This document shows, one piece after another, positions 42,001 through 55,700 of a DNA stretch of 64,000 nucleotides. Numbering within the stretch: position 1 is the stretch's first letter; each line of letters begins with the position of its first letter. This DNA comes from Octopus sinensis (Eukaryota): contig NC_042997.1 of the NCBI RefSeq assembly GCF_006345805.1, positions 76,880,001 through 76,944,000 of the forward strand. The letters are read 5' to 3'. A program made the translations under genes and the position numbers. A model generated the notes under the pieces. That model was not told the DNA's origin. It worked only from the letters and a program-made list of their open reading frames with translations, and did not search any database.

Positions 42001-43409
42001 GCCCAATTTTAATTCTTCTGTCCTTCTACCTCTCTCTCTTCTCTTCCCACGATTGGCCAGCCTGCTCTTCCTTTTTGGTCTGACTGCAGTCCGTGCAACA
42101 TCAATATTCTTCCCTGTGTTTGTGAAAGCCTTGTATCTCTGCCGTAAGGCTTCATTTCCACACGCGCCAGCTTAATTCAATTTGTCCTTAGTCGAAAGAC
42201 ACCTGTTATGTCCTGTTATTATTTTTATTGTATTTATATTTGTGTAACATTGTCCAATTTTTTCCATCCTTGTTTTTCTATACATTCGCTGCTTTCTTCC
42301 AAGGAATCTAATGCTCTTAGCTTAGTTTTTCCTTGGGGGTGGCCAGAATGGAGCAATCTCAAGAATAATCAGCTGAAATTGCGAGGATAATCATTTACTT
42401 CATCTCCTACCCTTTCTGTTATTCTCTGTAAATCGGTCAAAAGCGACTCTGCTTGACAGAACACCTCTGAGACATTAGATTCGGCAACGACACCCCAGTC
42501 TCGTTACATTTCCTTTCTACCGGTCATTCATTACAATACCTGTCTGTGTTTAGATTGGCTTTGCACAGGGGCCATTTGGAGTACCGCCTTTGCTGTGAAC
42601 AGGAATTAATCTTCTCCCCTCTCCTCTTCATCTGACTTCCATTCTCACTCCATCTCACACGTACTTCCTCTCTTCGCTCTCACACACCTCTCCTCTCTTG
42701 CCCTGACACCTACTTCCTCTATTCACTCCTGCCCACCTTCTCCCTCCATCTTTACTCCTTCTATCCACACCGACCCCTACACATACATACACACACATAC
42801 ACACACACACATATATATACATACATACATATATCGATTCACTCTTTTTTTTTTAAATAACTTACCAGCATTCCCTTCATCATATATGCAGTAATCACAT
42901 TCAGTTAAAATGTCTTATTGATGCGTTTTGTTTGTCTTTTTTTCTCTGATGAGAATATTGCATTGTTTCACATCATTTTATTCCTTCTGGAATAATACCA
43001 ATGTTTTCTTCAAAACATATTTCAAAAGTATAAAGATTTGAATAACACCTACGTTTAACTCCTTTTATTTATTTTTCTGTGTCATACAAAAACATTTCAC
43101 TAAGCCCTGGAATGTCTACCATTAAAAGTAGGCTGTTGCATCCTTGACAGTTATGCGAATTTTTGCGTACTCTGGTAACTATTTATTTTTTCCATGTTAT
43201 TTGTACACATTGAAAAAATTGCACATACATTTATACGTATATATATATTTATGTATGTATATATATATATATATGTATATGTATGTATATATATATATAT
43301 ATATATTATATATGTATGTATATATATATATATGTATGTATATATATATATATAATGTATATATGTATGTATATATATATATGTGTGTGTGTGTGTGTCA
43401 CTGCATGGC

Positions 43410-43818
43410 CTGAGACATGCAGAATCTCTGCTTGACCTCACTGACATGCTCTTTATGGAGCAAATAGTGCTCCACCCAACATGGGTGGAGGACATGAAAA
43501 TGTCCTTGACCTCTGTTTCACAAACAACATGTCACTCATCCATTATGTTAGGTGACACCAACGATTTTCTCAGACCATAATTTAATAGAACTAAAAATGT
43601 ATGGTCTGCAGAAGCCTACACACATGCAGGCTACTAGAAGCACTCAACTCATCTCCTCTCTGAACTTTCACAAAGCTGATTGAAAGGGCATCGATAAAGA
43701 GGTCATGGAACATAACTGGTTTGCCAGTCTCTCTACAGAAGACATTGACATTGACATAAAGTTACAATATTTTATTACAATCATGCATGACATCTGCAGT
43801 AAGTTTGCCCTAGAGAGA
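43410..43818 (+). mobile_element. CR1 ORF2 internal fragment (endonuclease C-terminal region)
   Basis: [19 protein letters not shown]...LDLCFTNNM...LSTEDIDIDIKLQYFITIMHDIC aligns by eye with 25170-25520 of the full copy. Confidence 0.8.
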
Positions 43819-45723
43819 ATGTTAAGTTATTTCCCTACACTACGAAAAATCGTCTCTTTTTTTTCTTCTTTTTCATCTTTTAGTAGAAATAAATTGGTGT
43901 ACTTTGAATTGGCAATAAACTTATAATCCTTTATAATGCATATATAATAGAATGAAGTATGTGATATTAGTAAGCACTATTAAACTTTTAGATTGATCTC
44001 TTGAGTCCACATTGTGTGATTTGGAGCAATTTAATCAATTATAACCTCTGTTTACAGAGATCAGATAGTAGAAATTTCACCTTGTAATTACAAGATAGTA
44101 TGTCTGTTTTATTGCACTTCATATTAAATTAGCTGGGGGAAAAATCAATAAATATATTTTCCTTTAAACTTAACCATTATCAAAGTTTGTTTATGTTTTT
44201 ATATAAACATCAAACTGATTTTAGACTATTAAGAAAACTTTTTTTTTTATACAAACTAATTAGAACATTTCATGAATATAGCTAATGCAAATTATTTTGA
44301 GTTTATATGAAAATTTGTTTTGAGTTCTACATTTTATTGATCAAAATATTAATGTTTTTAAAAGTTCAATTGATACAAATATATAGATTTAAAATCATCT
44401 TTACTAATGAGTTAGCCAACCTTGTTCATAGATTGGTGCTTAGTAGTTAGACTTGTATTCATAGTAATATATAAATCAAAAAATTTAAACTGTTCTCAAG
44501 CATATCTAATATCTCAGTTCCTGAAGTCTTGTTTCAACTACCTAACTCTTGGTATGTAAAACGTATGTAAATTTGTGATTCCTACATGACTTTCTTCTGT
44601 TACACAAGAAATACAAATAAGCAAATCAAAATACAGCAGTTTGAATTCAAGTGGTGTCAGTAACTGAAACAACAATCAAGCATTGCAGGAATCAAGAATC
44701 ATTCATCAAGTCTCTTGATATCTGGATGCGTGTATATAGCATTATGTTTGGTTCTTATTATTGAAATCAGCTTTTACCTAGATTACCTTTTTGATTGATG
44801 TGTTATTCTGATATACTTTATCTTGATTGATAGGTTGTGAGTCCTTGTATTGCTGACTATTTTTGATAGTAAAACAGTGTCACTTCTAGTGAGATATTGA
44901 ATAAATAATGCACTCCAATGCACTGGAAGAAAACAAATGCAAACATAGTACAGTGATAAAACATGTATGATAATCATGTCCATCAGTTTATCCTTTGGCT
45001 TACAAGAATTTGGTTTTAGTTAGGCTTAATTACCAAACTTACATGGTGGAAGACACCCTCCTAACTCATGCTGTTTACATTTAATTCCTTTGTTATATAT
45101 GAATTCCTCCATCACTGCCATGCATCAATTGCTCCTATTAGAACTAATTACCATTTAGGGATGAAGAAAGACCAATAGCATCAATTTTTTTTTTGTGAAG
45201 AATTCTACCAGTTTTATATATATAAACATTTGGATTTGTTTCTGGTAGCTGCTTATTTGTATATTATTATTATTATTATTGATAGTGAATTTTCAAGAAC
45301 TTAACTGAGCAAATGCATGGCTAGCATGGACAACAGACATTAGATGATGATGATATGGATCATAAGTAAAGAGAGCCTTTCTAGACTTCTTAGTACTAAA
45401 CCACTAAATTAATTTACCTATTTTCTTATTAGGTGTTTCTGTCTAAATAAGCTCATCGGTATATGTTTCCATAGGAATTAATTTAAGCTTTTCTAAAACT
45501 GAAGAAACTTTTGTTACTGTGTTTATGCTATAGACAAGCATATATGGTAACGATGATAGCACGTCTCTTGATAAAGTGCTTGTAAGCTGCGGCTTGTATC
45601 AAATTCCATAATGAGAACAGCATAATTTTTTAAATACATTTTTTTGAAATAAGTTTATCAGTAATTATCAAAAGAAAACTGATTATCTTAACATAGTCTG
45701 ACAAAACATTCTTATAAAAGTTC

Positions 45724-46199
45724 ATCTCACATGTAAACCAGGAGGAGCTTGCACACTCATTGAGACTCTTTTCAACCTCAAACCTAGAAAATGAAATTAA
45801 AAATAACTACTTCAAGTTGTTGATACTATTTTCAGTTTATGAACTTGGATAAAGTCTTAAGACTTTGAAAAAGATAAACTAATATGTAATGCTGCCATAT
45901 TTGAAGTAGCCTCAAGGCAGGACCTCTGCCTAATTAGTTAGTCATAGAATCATTTAATTCTAGAATTAAATGATTCTATGACTAACTAATTAGGCAGAGG
46001 TCCTGCCTTGAGGCTACTTCAAATATGGCAGCATTACATATTAGTTTATCTTTTTCAAAGTCTTAAGACTTTATCCAAGTTCATAAACTGAAAATAGTAT
46101 CAACAACTTGAAGTAGTTATTTTTAATTTCATTTTCTAGGTTTGAGGTTGAAAAGAGTCTCAATGAGTGTGCAAGCTCCTCCTGGTTTACATGTGAGAT
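45724..46199. repeat. Perfect spacerless 476-bp palindrome (two 238-bp arms)
   Basis: Position p pairs with 91923-p without mismatch from 45724 to 46199; the centre lies in AATTCT|AGAATT. Confidence 0.97.
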
Positions 46200-49100
46200 A
46201 AAGATGCTACTGGAAAATTTTGATTTTTCAGGCTACCTCTACATTGACTTGCATTCACTGGGGATTGAATTTAACCCATGTTTGCATTTATTTCTTCATT
46301 CCTTTATTATTTCAATTTAGTTTAAAGCAGTTTGAGAATCTGCAGGAGTGTGCAGCCTATCTGCCATCTTGTACAATTATATATGCATGACATCTTTAAT
46401 CTGCTTGTACTGTATTGACTGCTATGACAGCTTGCTTTCAGAAATGCTATCGTTTTATTTTGTTCATTTGTTTTCATTTTAGATTTTAAATCGGCAAAAT
46501 TTAAATCAAAACATTTGTTAGAAAAAGAAAATAGAGTGAAATGTTTAGAAAGAAAATAAACGTTCATGTTTTCTCTCTCCTTCTCAAATCAGTTTATGTA
46601 ATAAATCAAAATTATCTTTCTTCTCTTTCAAAGTTTTCTGTTTATCATTCTTAAATTTCATTGCTGAAATTTTTCAATTATTTATATATGATGGTCTGAT
46701 TGCTTGCTAAAGAATTTTTCTTAAATTTTGTTTCTAAATTCTCTCTGGAATTTTTACTCTGCTTATTTTGTGAGAACCTTTATGTGTTGTTTTAAAATAG
46801 CCTGGCTCTTATCAGTTGCTTAGGACTATTAAACAGAAGATATTAATCAATTTACTAAGAGGAAGTTTTTTTTTTTTATTAAGGTGATTATATATATGAT
46901 TTTTTCATTCTGTTTTATATCTGAACAAAAATGATTTCTTTCCTAATTACTTTCTTATTGTGACCTTTGCAAACATTCTTTAACTAGCCTGTCATTAAAC
47001 TGCAGCCATTATGGGGCATCACCTCAAGGGATTTTAGTTGATTACATCAACTCCAGCATTTAAGTCTGCTACATATGTTATCAATGTATTCCTCAAATCA
47101 CTAAGTTACAGTTTTAAGACAGTCACAACTTGGTAAGCACAAACTCAGACATGATCATATGTGGACATATGGTAGGCTTCAAAGCAGTTCTACTTAGCTA
47201 ATTCCATTCATGGCATTGATAAACCCAACTTTACAATAGAAGGCACTTGCCATCCAGAAGGTTGAACCCAACACCATGTGATCGCAAAATGAAGTTCTTA
47301 ACTGCTCAGCCATATCAGCATCTATGTATAAACTATAATGATCATAAAAGAATTGTTCCCTTAATTTTGGTTAACTAAAATAATGTTAAAATTGTTTTGA
47401 TTTGTTTTCTTTTTATGATGAAGATTAGATACCATTGAAGTTTAATACATGTAATCTATTTCTGCAATGGCTACACAATTGGCTTTATTGTATACCACTA
47501 AATACATAAAGTTCAATTGCACCTATATCCACTGCCACTATCTTCTCTGAGAGGCTCATGTACAATTTCTGATCAGACACAAACACTGTTATCTACTCAT
47601 AGCTAGGAGGAACTCAACTGTTGTCTGGGTATATCCATATGAATGTGAACTTGCATAATGTAAGTTATAAACTCTGGCTTGTTCTGAAATCTTTTGCACT
47701 TTAACTTGTAATACTAATATATTCTTATAAAATGGTGATGATACCATTGACAGTGGCAGTGGTGATATTGACACTGACACAGCAGCATAGTGTGGTTGTG
47801 AACACATAAAACGCTTTAGTATGGCAACAATCATTACAGAATTTGTCTTGGCCTCTAAAGTTGGGTTGAATAGCCTGCTTATCTGTGATTTAATGTTTCT
47901 GTTTCTTAGACACAGATGCTTCTTATCAAGCAGAATCTTTATAACACCTCTGTTAGATGGTTACTGAGCTTTTATTAAAGGAATAGCATTATTTTACAAT
48001 TTCAGTTTAGGTATTGGAGATTGGCGACACAACATTGTTCACTCTTTAGCTACTTCTGTTTTCATAAACTATTTTATCTTATAGGAAAGATTTAATTGAA
48101 TATTTATTCAATTAAATCTTTCCTAACTGAAACTGCTTGTTGGAAATAGTCTGTAATGTAAACCATTTCTTGTAATTTGTTAAAAGGATCTAAGAGTTAG
48201 ATATATGATAGATGGAAAAATCTGTTTCAGTATAATTTGCTTTCAATTCTCTAGGTAACAAAGTTATACTTCTGTCATGGCATTTTTTTTAACTGATAGT
48301 AAATTTGTGCTACAGTATATCCAAATCTACTTCTGATAGATACAGCTGGTTTTGATTTGGTGTAACTTTGACAAAGAATGTTCATAGTTGCTTCTTTCCA
48401 TAATATTTCTTCTTGTTTTTTGGAAATACATTCAACAAAACAGTTTTTATTTGGCTACACAAAACCCATTAGTGAAAATACTTCAAAATAAACAGCATTG
48501 TGTTTTACTTCATCTTTTCCAATAAAAGGAAACAATATATTCTGTTGGTAACATAGTAAATATTTTATATTGGGTTTATTATAGAAATGAAGTAGAATTA
48601 TTATTTTTGTGGAAAGTTGGAATGCTGCTTAGAACTATACACAAAACTTGCAAATATTCTCAAAAAGTTCAAAGGAAATCTTTTAGGCTTCTAATTAAGT
48701 TGATTATTTGTGCTTATCCAACCAATACATTTTTCTCTTCAAAACATTAATAATTCTAATGAGGAAGTCAACAATAATAACACTACAATATTCTTGTAAT
48801 CATTTGAATGTGATGATACATGAATGACTTTGATATCATCTTGCCTTTCACTGTGCCAAATTAATTGTTTCTTATTGATTATATTTGTTGCATTGATGCT
48901 TGTTATTCAGAACATAGTCATATCTGTTTGGATTCCATCTATATAATTACATTTGAATAGTTATTTATGTATGATTTTAACCAAATTTTGACAGGAATGG
49001 CTACTAATTTTATTTTCTATGATAGAGTGCTCTTACCGAAATTCTGTGATAGTTACATTGATCAAAATAGAATTAGTGTAGAAAGCTAAACCAAATGTAC

Positions 49101-49297
49101 TTACTGTTTTGTTATGCACTGTTCTTCAAGTAAGCTTAGGTTTTAGTCAGCAAATGCAATGAGTTTTTTTGTTAATGAAACTTAAAAACAGTATTTCAGA
49201 TTTCATGGAAATTGAATTTAGGAAGATAGTTAAGAGCTTTTAGTCATTATTGTAAGTAAACCTTGTACTGTAAAAATTGTCTATAGCAATATATATA

Positions 49298-50547
49298 CTG
49301 CGTTGGCAACTAAGTTCCCGCCATTTTTTTTTTAATTAAAATTTTTTCAAAGGTTTAATAAAAAAAATAACAACTAATTAATCAATAATGCATTCATCCT
49401 TGTTGTTTACAACTTCTTCTCAACATTCAACAAGATTTTCAATACCTTGTTGGTAGAAATCACCTGATTTCGACTCGAAAAATTGATCCAACTAAGCTCT
49501 CATTTCTGCTTCAGTATTGAACGAAACTCCCCGCATAGCATTTGAAAGAGATCGAAAGAGGTGAAAATCTGTTGGTGCCAAATCAGGAGAGCACAGCGGG
49601 TGTGGCAGTACTTCCCAGCCATGCATTTGAATGGCTTCCATAGTCATATTGGCGATGTGAGGGTGGGCGTTGCCGTGCAGCAGAACTCCATGCTGCCAAT
49701 TAGGTATTTTCTTTTGAATAGCCGTGTTGAATCATTCCATCTGTTGGACATAGTTCTGTGTTGACCATATGGTTCCATTCAAATAATTCATAATGGATAA
49801 TCCCTTCCCAGTCCCACCGTACGCATAACATCATTTTACGCGGATGAAGATCTAGTTTCACGTGCAGTGTCGTTTGTTTACCGGGGATAAGCCATTCCTT
49901 ACGTTGCTTCATATTGATTTACAGGCACCATTTTTCGTTGCCAGTAATGATTCTGTAAAGAAATCGCTGCTTGTGTCCATGAGTTGAGCGGTGACGAGCA
50001 AGCAAACCAGCAGAGATTGTGACTCATTGATTTTTGTTGTTGTCACTTAAAGCATGCGGAACCCATGTTCCTTACTTCTGAATCTTTCCCATTGAGTGAA
50101 GATGCTTCACTATAGCAGTGTGAGAGCATTCTATTTTCTCTGCCAGTTCCCTTGTCGTTTAGCGAGAATTTTTTAGCAAAAGTTGATTTAATCACAATTC
50201 ATCAAACTCAACGGGACAACCAGAATGAGGTGCATCTTTGAGGTGAAAATTTCCATTTTTGAATTTGGCATACCAATCATGAGCGGTTCTTTCTGCTATG
50301 GCACCCTCTCCATTCAGAGCACAAATGTTGCGAGTGGTTTTTGCAGCCTTAGAACCTTGATTAAAAGCAAAAAGAAGGTGTCGAAAATGCTCATTTTTCT
50401 TAACTTGACATTCCCTTTTAATGATCTAAAAAAAACAGAAATTGACTAAAATTAACTAGAAACAAAAACAAAATAGATTCCAAAATTTAAAAACGCAATA
50501 AATTCCTAAATTGAAAATAAACAGTAGGAACTTAGTTGCCAATCCAA
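49298..50547 (-). mobile_element. Near-full-length mariner (mellifera-like TIR), 1250 bp, transposase decayed
   Basis: TIRs (c/t)tg(c/g)(g/a)ttggcaactaagttcc with TA flanks (49296-49297 and 50548-50549); LHPRKMMLCVRWDWEGIIHYEL and GWEVLPHPLCSPDLAPTDFHLFRS on the minus strand. Confidence 0.88.
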
Positions 50548-51274
50548 TAGATCAGATTGGGATAAATCTCCCTTATAATGGAGTTTGTAAATTTTCTTTA
50601 CTAGACAGAACATTACTACTATCCTTAGTTTCTTTCTTTGCCTCAACCTTCAAGTTTTGTAAATTCCATACATATTCTAAATTTAATTACATTGTTTATA
50701 TTCTAAATTCAGTTATATAATCGTATTAGTTACAAGTGTAGCTGTGTAGTTAAGAATTTTACCTAGCAACCAATTGGTTGCTAAACTGCATGACACCTTC
50801 TACCATAATCCTGGGCTAACAAATGCCCAACCTATGAGTGAATTTAACAGATGAAAATGGGATAGAAACTATCATTTGTGTGTGTCTTCTTTGCCTCCAT
50901 ACCATTTGACAACCAATATTGGTCTCTTTACATCTGTGTAACCTGGACATTAATAAAATTAGTTCCAGGGTTAAAAAATATAAGTACTGGAGTTGATTTG
51001 CTTAACTAAATCATTCAAAGTTTTGTCCCAGCATGACCACAGTTCAATGACTGAAACAAGTAAAGGAGTAATGAATATATATATAGTTAAGCTTAGAGTG
51101 TCATGGCTTGTGAGTTCAATAAACAACAGCATCTTGTAGATTCTGTGGTGTGGATGCAGGTTTGTTTTACAACACTAACTAAAGGAAACCAGCTAGCCAT
51201 TTGGTCAGTTTATCAAACTGGTGGACATACTAGCTAGACAGACTTCATTCTCTTCAAGAAATGAAATGGACAAA

Positions 51275-51550
51275 TAGTTGTGAATGTTAAGTCTTTTCAT
51301 GGTATAGAATGTATCAGTTAGTTGTGAGTCACTTCAGATTTAGTGCAAAGTAGACTTAGAAGTTGAAATCAATTTAGAAGAGAAAGTATGGAAGCTTACA
51401 TGTCCAGCAAACAGGGAGAGGTTTAGAGAAATACTGAATGAAGCATTTGATGTTTGGGTGGAAGAGATAGAGACTAACAGCACAGAAGACAACTATAAGT
51501 TCCTATGGCATAACCTTCTAAGAGTTACAGACCAAGTCTGTGGCCAGTGG
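51275..51550 (+). mobile_element. RTE LINE internal fragment
   Basis: RRKVWKL.CPANRERFREIL.EAF...TEDN.KFLW.NLLRVTDQVCG resembles the RTE linker after the endonuclease. Confidence 0.6.
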
Positions 51551-53539
51551 CACACTGAATTCTTGTAATTATATTTATTTTAGAGATAAATGTATTTGAG
51601 TAAAGCCATGTATAACTGCTAGGAGACACACATGCAGTATATAGCATGTGTGTGTGCATGTGTACATGCACACACACATATATATACTGTATGTAGTATG
51701 TATCTCCTGAAATAATATCTTTTTAAAATTTTATCTGTATTATGTTCCAATCAATATATTACCCAGTCAGTTTCAGGTATCCAATTTCTAAACTATACAA
51801 TTTCCTATGCAATTACATCATGGAAGAGTAACTTTAGGTTTTTAATAATAAGAAAGGCTGTTATATTCTTTTTCACTTTATTTCTTAATAGTACCATTGG
51901 CCAAGCAATTAGTAGCAGATTTTGAAAACAGCCAAACAAGTACAACTGAAACATTTCTTTTAGCTATTTTGAAATAAAAACATTTATTTTAGATCAGTGA
52001 ATTTAACTACTATGTTACAGCCCTATACTCTCAAAATATAAACATGTAAGATAATTAAGGAAAATCAGGTATTAAGGTTCATGAAGAAAATGTATTATCA
52101 TTTAGAGGTGCCATTGAAGTTGATTGGAGGACTGAAATATGCAACTCTTTTTACTAAACTTAATTTAATTGTCTTTTATCAATATAACTTTTATAAAGCT
52201 ACACATTCATGTTTTATGCCTTTTTTTCTTTAAAATGTGGAATTATACACAATTGACTTTTATAAAATTTGTTAATTTACATTTTGACACTGTTGTCAGA
52301 TTGGAAGGAGAGTCTTGTCATATTTTTGACATGTTTAGCTTTTAGTTTTGTTTTTTTGTGCAACTGTTGAAGGAACTTGTGGAAGCGGTAGACCCAGGAA
52401 CACATGAAACAAGGTAGTGAAGCCCCCCCCCCCGTATCATTTGATACACACACTATATCGTAGACTTGTTGCCCTGTTAGTGCTGTTTGTACTAAATATG
52501 CAGTTGTTTACAAATCCCTTATTATGGGTTTAGTTTTGCCATTAGTGTCAATAAAATTCTAACATTAACTCTGTATTTTTCAGACAGATTAACTTCTAGA
52601 AACTTGCACTTTCTTTTACACTGATTTTCCTTTTCCCCAAATGAGCCATTGATCAGAACTACCAATGCAAAAATAATTAATGGTTGTTTTATAAAGGAAA
52701 AGAATAAAACTTTTTAATGAGAACTATGTGTAGGTATAAGCAGTGCATAAGAGTTTAGTATGGTCCTCATCATCTCTCAGACAGACCTGACGGAAAATTC
52801 TATCAGACTAGAGACTGGACTTCAATTTGTTCACAGTCTTGATAGCTAACTGTAGCACATTATTTTAACTTATCATTCATATTTTGTGTTACTACATGCT
52901 GCCAGTACGCCAAGCAATGAACAGTTAGTATCTGGTGGGAAATTTCACGCTTTAGGAGAGATGAAAAACCTTTGTATCTTCCTATCATCGAAGGAGTTCC
53001 ATCAGACGCACAAGCGTTTTTAAAAAGTTATAGAGGTTTAAAGTTTGATCATTTTCACCCAATCAGGAAACATGATTACAAAGCTGTCATTTTGTGCCTG
53101 ACTGCATATTTTGTCAACATCCTGAATATAGCACTTGTGTTTTGATTTGAAACCACAGAATTACACATGACATATAACCCCTTATAACTTTTATTATTCT
53201 TCAGAGTTTCCAGGAAATTTTTGCGAATTTGAATTCTATACGTAGGACTTCATATGATTATACCAAAAGAAAATTGTAGTGTAGTGTGATTTAAGGCCTA
53301 GGCCTATTTGGCTGCTATTTTTAGCATTCATGACAACCATCTCAATGACTGCAACAAAAATATTCAATCGATAAACAAATCCACATTTGTAATACAAAGG
53401 GACGTTTCATGCAAGTTGTCAAATCAATAAAACTTCATCCTTATTCTAGGCATGCCTAAATATCAGTAAATGCAAACTTAATTTCTAAAAATTCATTGTC
53501 ACCCACAAAATGTTCATATCACCCACCAAAATCTCAAAT

Positions 53540-53606
53540 CTCCCATTTTCTAGAAATTCACCCATTGCCCGCCAGTGGGCGAGATCACCCACTTTGGGAA
53601 GCTATG
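53540..53606. mobile_element. Orphan hAT-like terminus
   Basis: gccccgccagtgggcgagatcacccactttgggaagctatg followed directly by ATCTAGAC (53607-53614, NTCTAGAN-type target); no partner end found. Confidence 0.45.
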
Positions 53607-53639
53607 ATCTAGACTAATGAATTTCTATAGATAATTGAG

Positions 53640-53935
53640 CTTCTGAAAACTGTAGTTGAGGATAATCCAAAGCAAACTGCATGAGAACTAGCAAAACAGT
53701 TCAGGCCACATTTCCATCATAAAACACCTTCATGATGTGTTTAAACTTTGTCAGTTGGTCCCTCATCATCTGACTGCTTGATCAAAACTTAATCACAGAA
53801 TTGCCCTTGCAACTGAGCCTTTCCTCAGTAGAGTCATCACAAGTAATGAAAATTGATTTCTCTGTAATCATATCCTATAAAAACAACAGGGGTTAGCCCC
53901 CAATGGAAAGGGAGAATCAATTTCCAAACCATAAT
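53640..53935 (+). mobile_element. Highly degenerate mariner fragment
   Basis: VEDNPKQTA*ELAKQF, a WVPH-like segment (ttggtccctcatcatctg) and PFLSRVITSNE. Confidence 0.55.
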
Positions 53936-54592
53936 GGGTACTTTTATTGCAAATTTTTGTGCAGTGTTTTCAGTTTATGACAATAGTTCTCTGCATTAAC
54001 TGTTTCATTTTAGTTTAACACTTCGTTTTCCACCAAACGCAGAGCATAACATTTTTCAGGTACCCATCATTAGTCATTTGTTTAGGGAGTGTTGCTCTTA
54101 TATGTTAATGCAAGACCATTTTGTGCCCAAGCCACTTGGGAAAAGATTATGGCATTAAATATAAAAATTTTGCCTCGACCTCCTTACTTTCCTGTCTTTA
54201 CTGCATCTGGTTCACCTCTTCAGATCATTGCAACTTTAGAGAGAAAATAGTTTATTAATTGTGAAGAGATTAAAAATGATATTGAGTGTTTCTTTGCTTT
54301 GAAACCTAAAGAATTTTATACTTGAGCAATTTGCCAAATAGATGGGATTTTGTTCTTAGTAATGAGAGGAAATATACTGATTACAGATATCAATCAAGAC
54401 CAAAGAAGCAGGTTTCTTTCTCACTTTGAAATGCTACAGGACTTTTTTATCAACCTAATACTTTGTTAAATATGTTCATGTAACCCTTTATCTTTTATAG
54501 ATGATCTGATGGTTAGTTTGTAATATCTTTCAGTTTGACACCAGCTTCTGTGAATAAAAAAACAAATATCTGAATGTATATAATCATACAAG

Positions 54593-54765
54593 TACAGACA
54601 TGGTTGTGTGATAAGAAGATTGCTTCCTAACCACATAATTCTGGGTTCAGTCCCACTGTGTGGCTCTTCAGCAAGTGTCCTCTACTATAGCCTTGGACTG
54701 ACCAAAGCCTTGTGAGTGGATTTGGTGGACATACACTGAAAGAAGCCCGTCATATGTGTGTGTGT
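54593..54765 (+). mobile_element. Family A tRNA-derived SINE
   Basis: A/B-box-like head tggttgtgtg...gggttcagtccc; body ctactatagcc...aaagccttgtgagtggatttgg...ctgaaagaagccc. Confidence 0.75.
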
Positions 54766-54787
54766 GTATATATATACATATATATAC

Positions 54788-54837
<50 letters not shown>

Positions 54838-54847
54838 ATGCATATGT

Positions 54848-55232
54848 GGAGGCGCAATGGCCCAGTGGTTAGGGCAGCAGACTCGCGGTCATAGGATCGC
54901 GGTTTCGATTCCCAGACCGGGCGTTGTGAGTGTTTATTGAGCGAAAACACCTAAAAAGCTCCACGAGGCTCCGGCAGGGGATGGTGGTGATCCCTGCTGT
55001 ACTCTTTCACCACAACTTTCTCTCACTCTTACTTCCTGTTTCTGTTGTACCTATATTTCAAAGGGCCGGCCTTGTCACTCTCTGTGTCACGCTGAATATC
55101 CCCGAGAACTACGTTAAGGGTACACGTGTCTGTGGAGTGCTCAGCCACTTACACGTTAATTTCACAAGCAGGCTCTTCCGTTGATTCGGATCAACCGGAA
55201 CCCTCATCGTCGTAACCGACGGAGTGCTTCCC
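54848..55232 (+). mobile_element. Well-preserved tRNA-derived SINE (family B)
   Basis: A box TGGCCCAGTGG and B box GGTTTCGATTCC, then a ~310-bp non-tRNA body. Confidence 0.75.
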
Positions 55233-55252
55233 ACATGCATATATATATATAA

Positions 55253-55483
55253 GGCGGCAAGCTGGCAGAAACGTTAGCACGCCGGGCGAAATGCGTAGCC
55301 GTATTTCGTCTGCCGTAATGTTCTGAGTTCAAATTCCGCCGAGGTCGACTTTGCCTTTCATCCTTTCAGGGTCGATAAATTAAGTACCAGTTACACACTA
55401 GGGTCGATGTAAACGACTTAATCCGTTTGTCTGTCCTTGTTTGTCCCCTCTGTGTTTAGCCCCTTGTGGGTAGTAAAGAAATA
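55253..55483 (+). mobile_element. tRNA-derived SINE (family C) with a conserved-type central domain
   Basis: Head ggcggcaagctggcagaa...gagttcaaattcc; core gactttgcctttcatcctttcagggtcgataaattaagtacc; ends in an A/T-rich tail. Confidence 0.7.
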
Positions 55484-55509
55484 TATATATGTATGTATGT
55501 ATGTCTTTG

Positions 55510-55700
55510 TGTATGTGTTTGTCCCCCTCCACCACTTGACAATTGGTGTTCTGTTTACTTAGCTGTTCAGCAGAAGAGACTGATAGAATAAATATCAGGC
55601 CTAAAAAAAATGCACTATGGTTGATTCATTCAACTAAAAGTTCTTCAAGGCGGTACCCCAGCATGGCCACAGTTTCACCACTGAAACATGGATACAGTTG
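55510..55700 (+). mobile_element. SINE 3' part with CR1-derived tail
   Basis: Ends aaggcggtaccccagcatggccacag...ctgaaac, shared with the CR1 3' UTR. Confidence 0.6.

Noticed and set aside
54848-54920. tRNA gene
   Set aside because: A and B boxes are present, but the anticodon arm is irregular and the sequence runs into a ~310-bp SINE body without a terminator.
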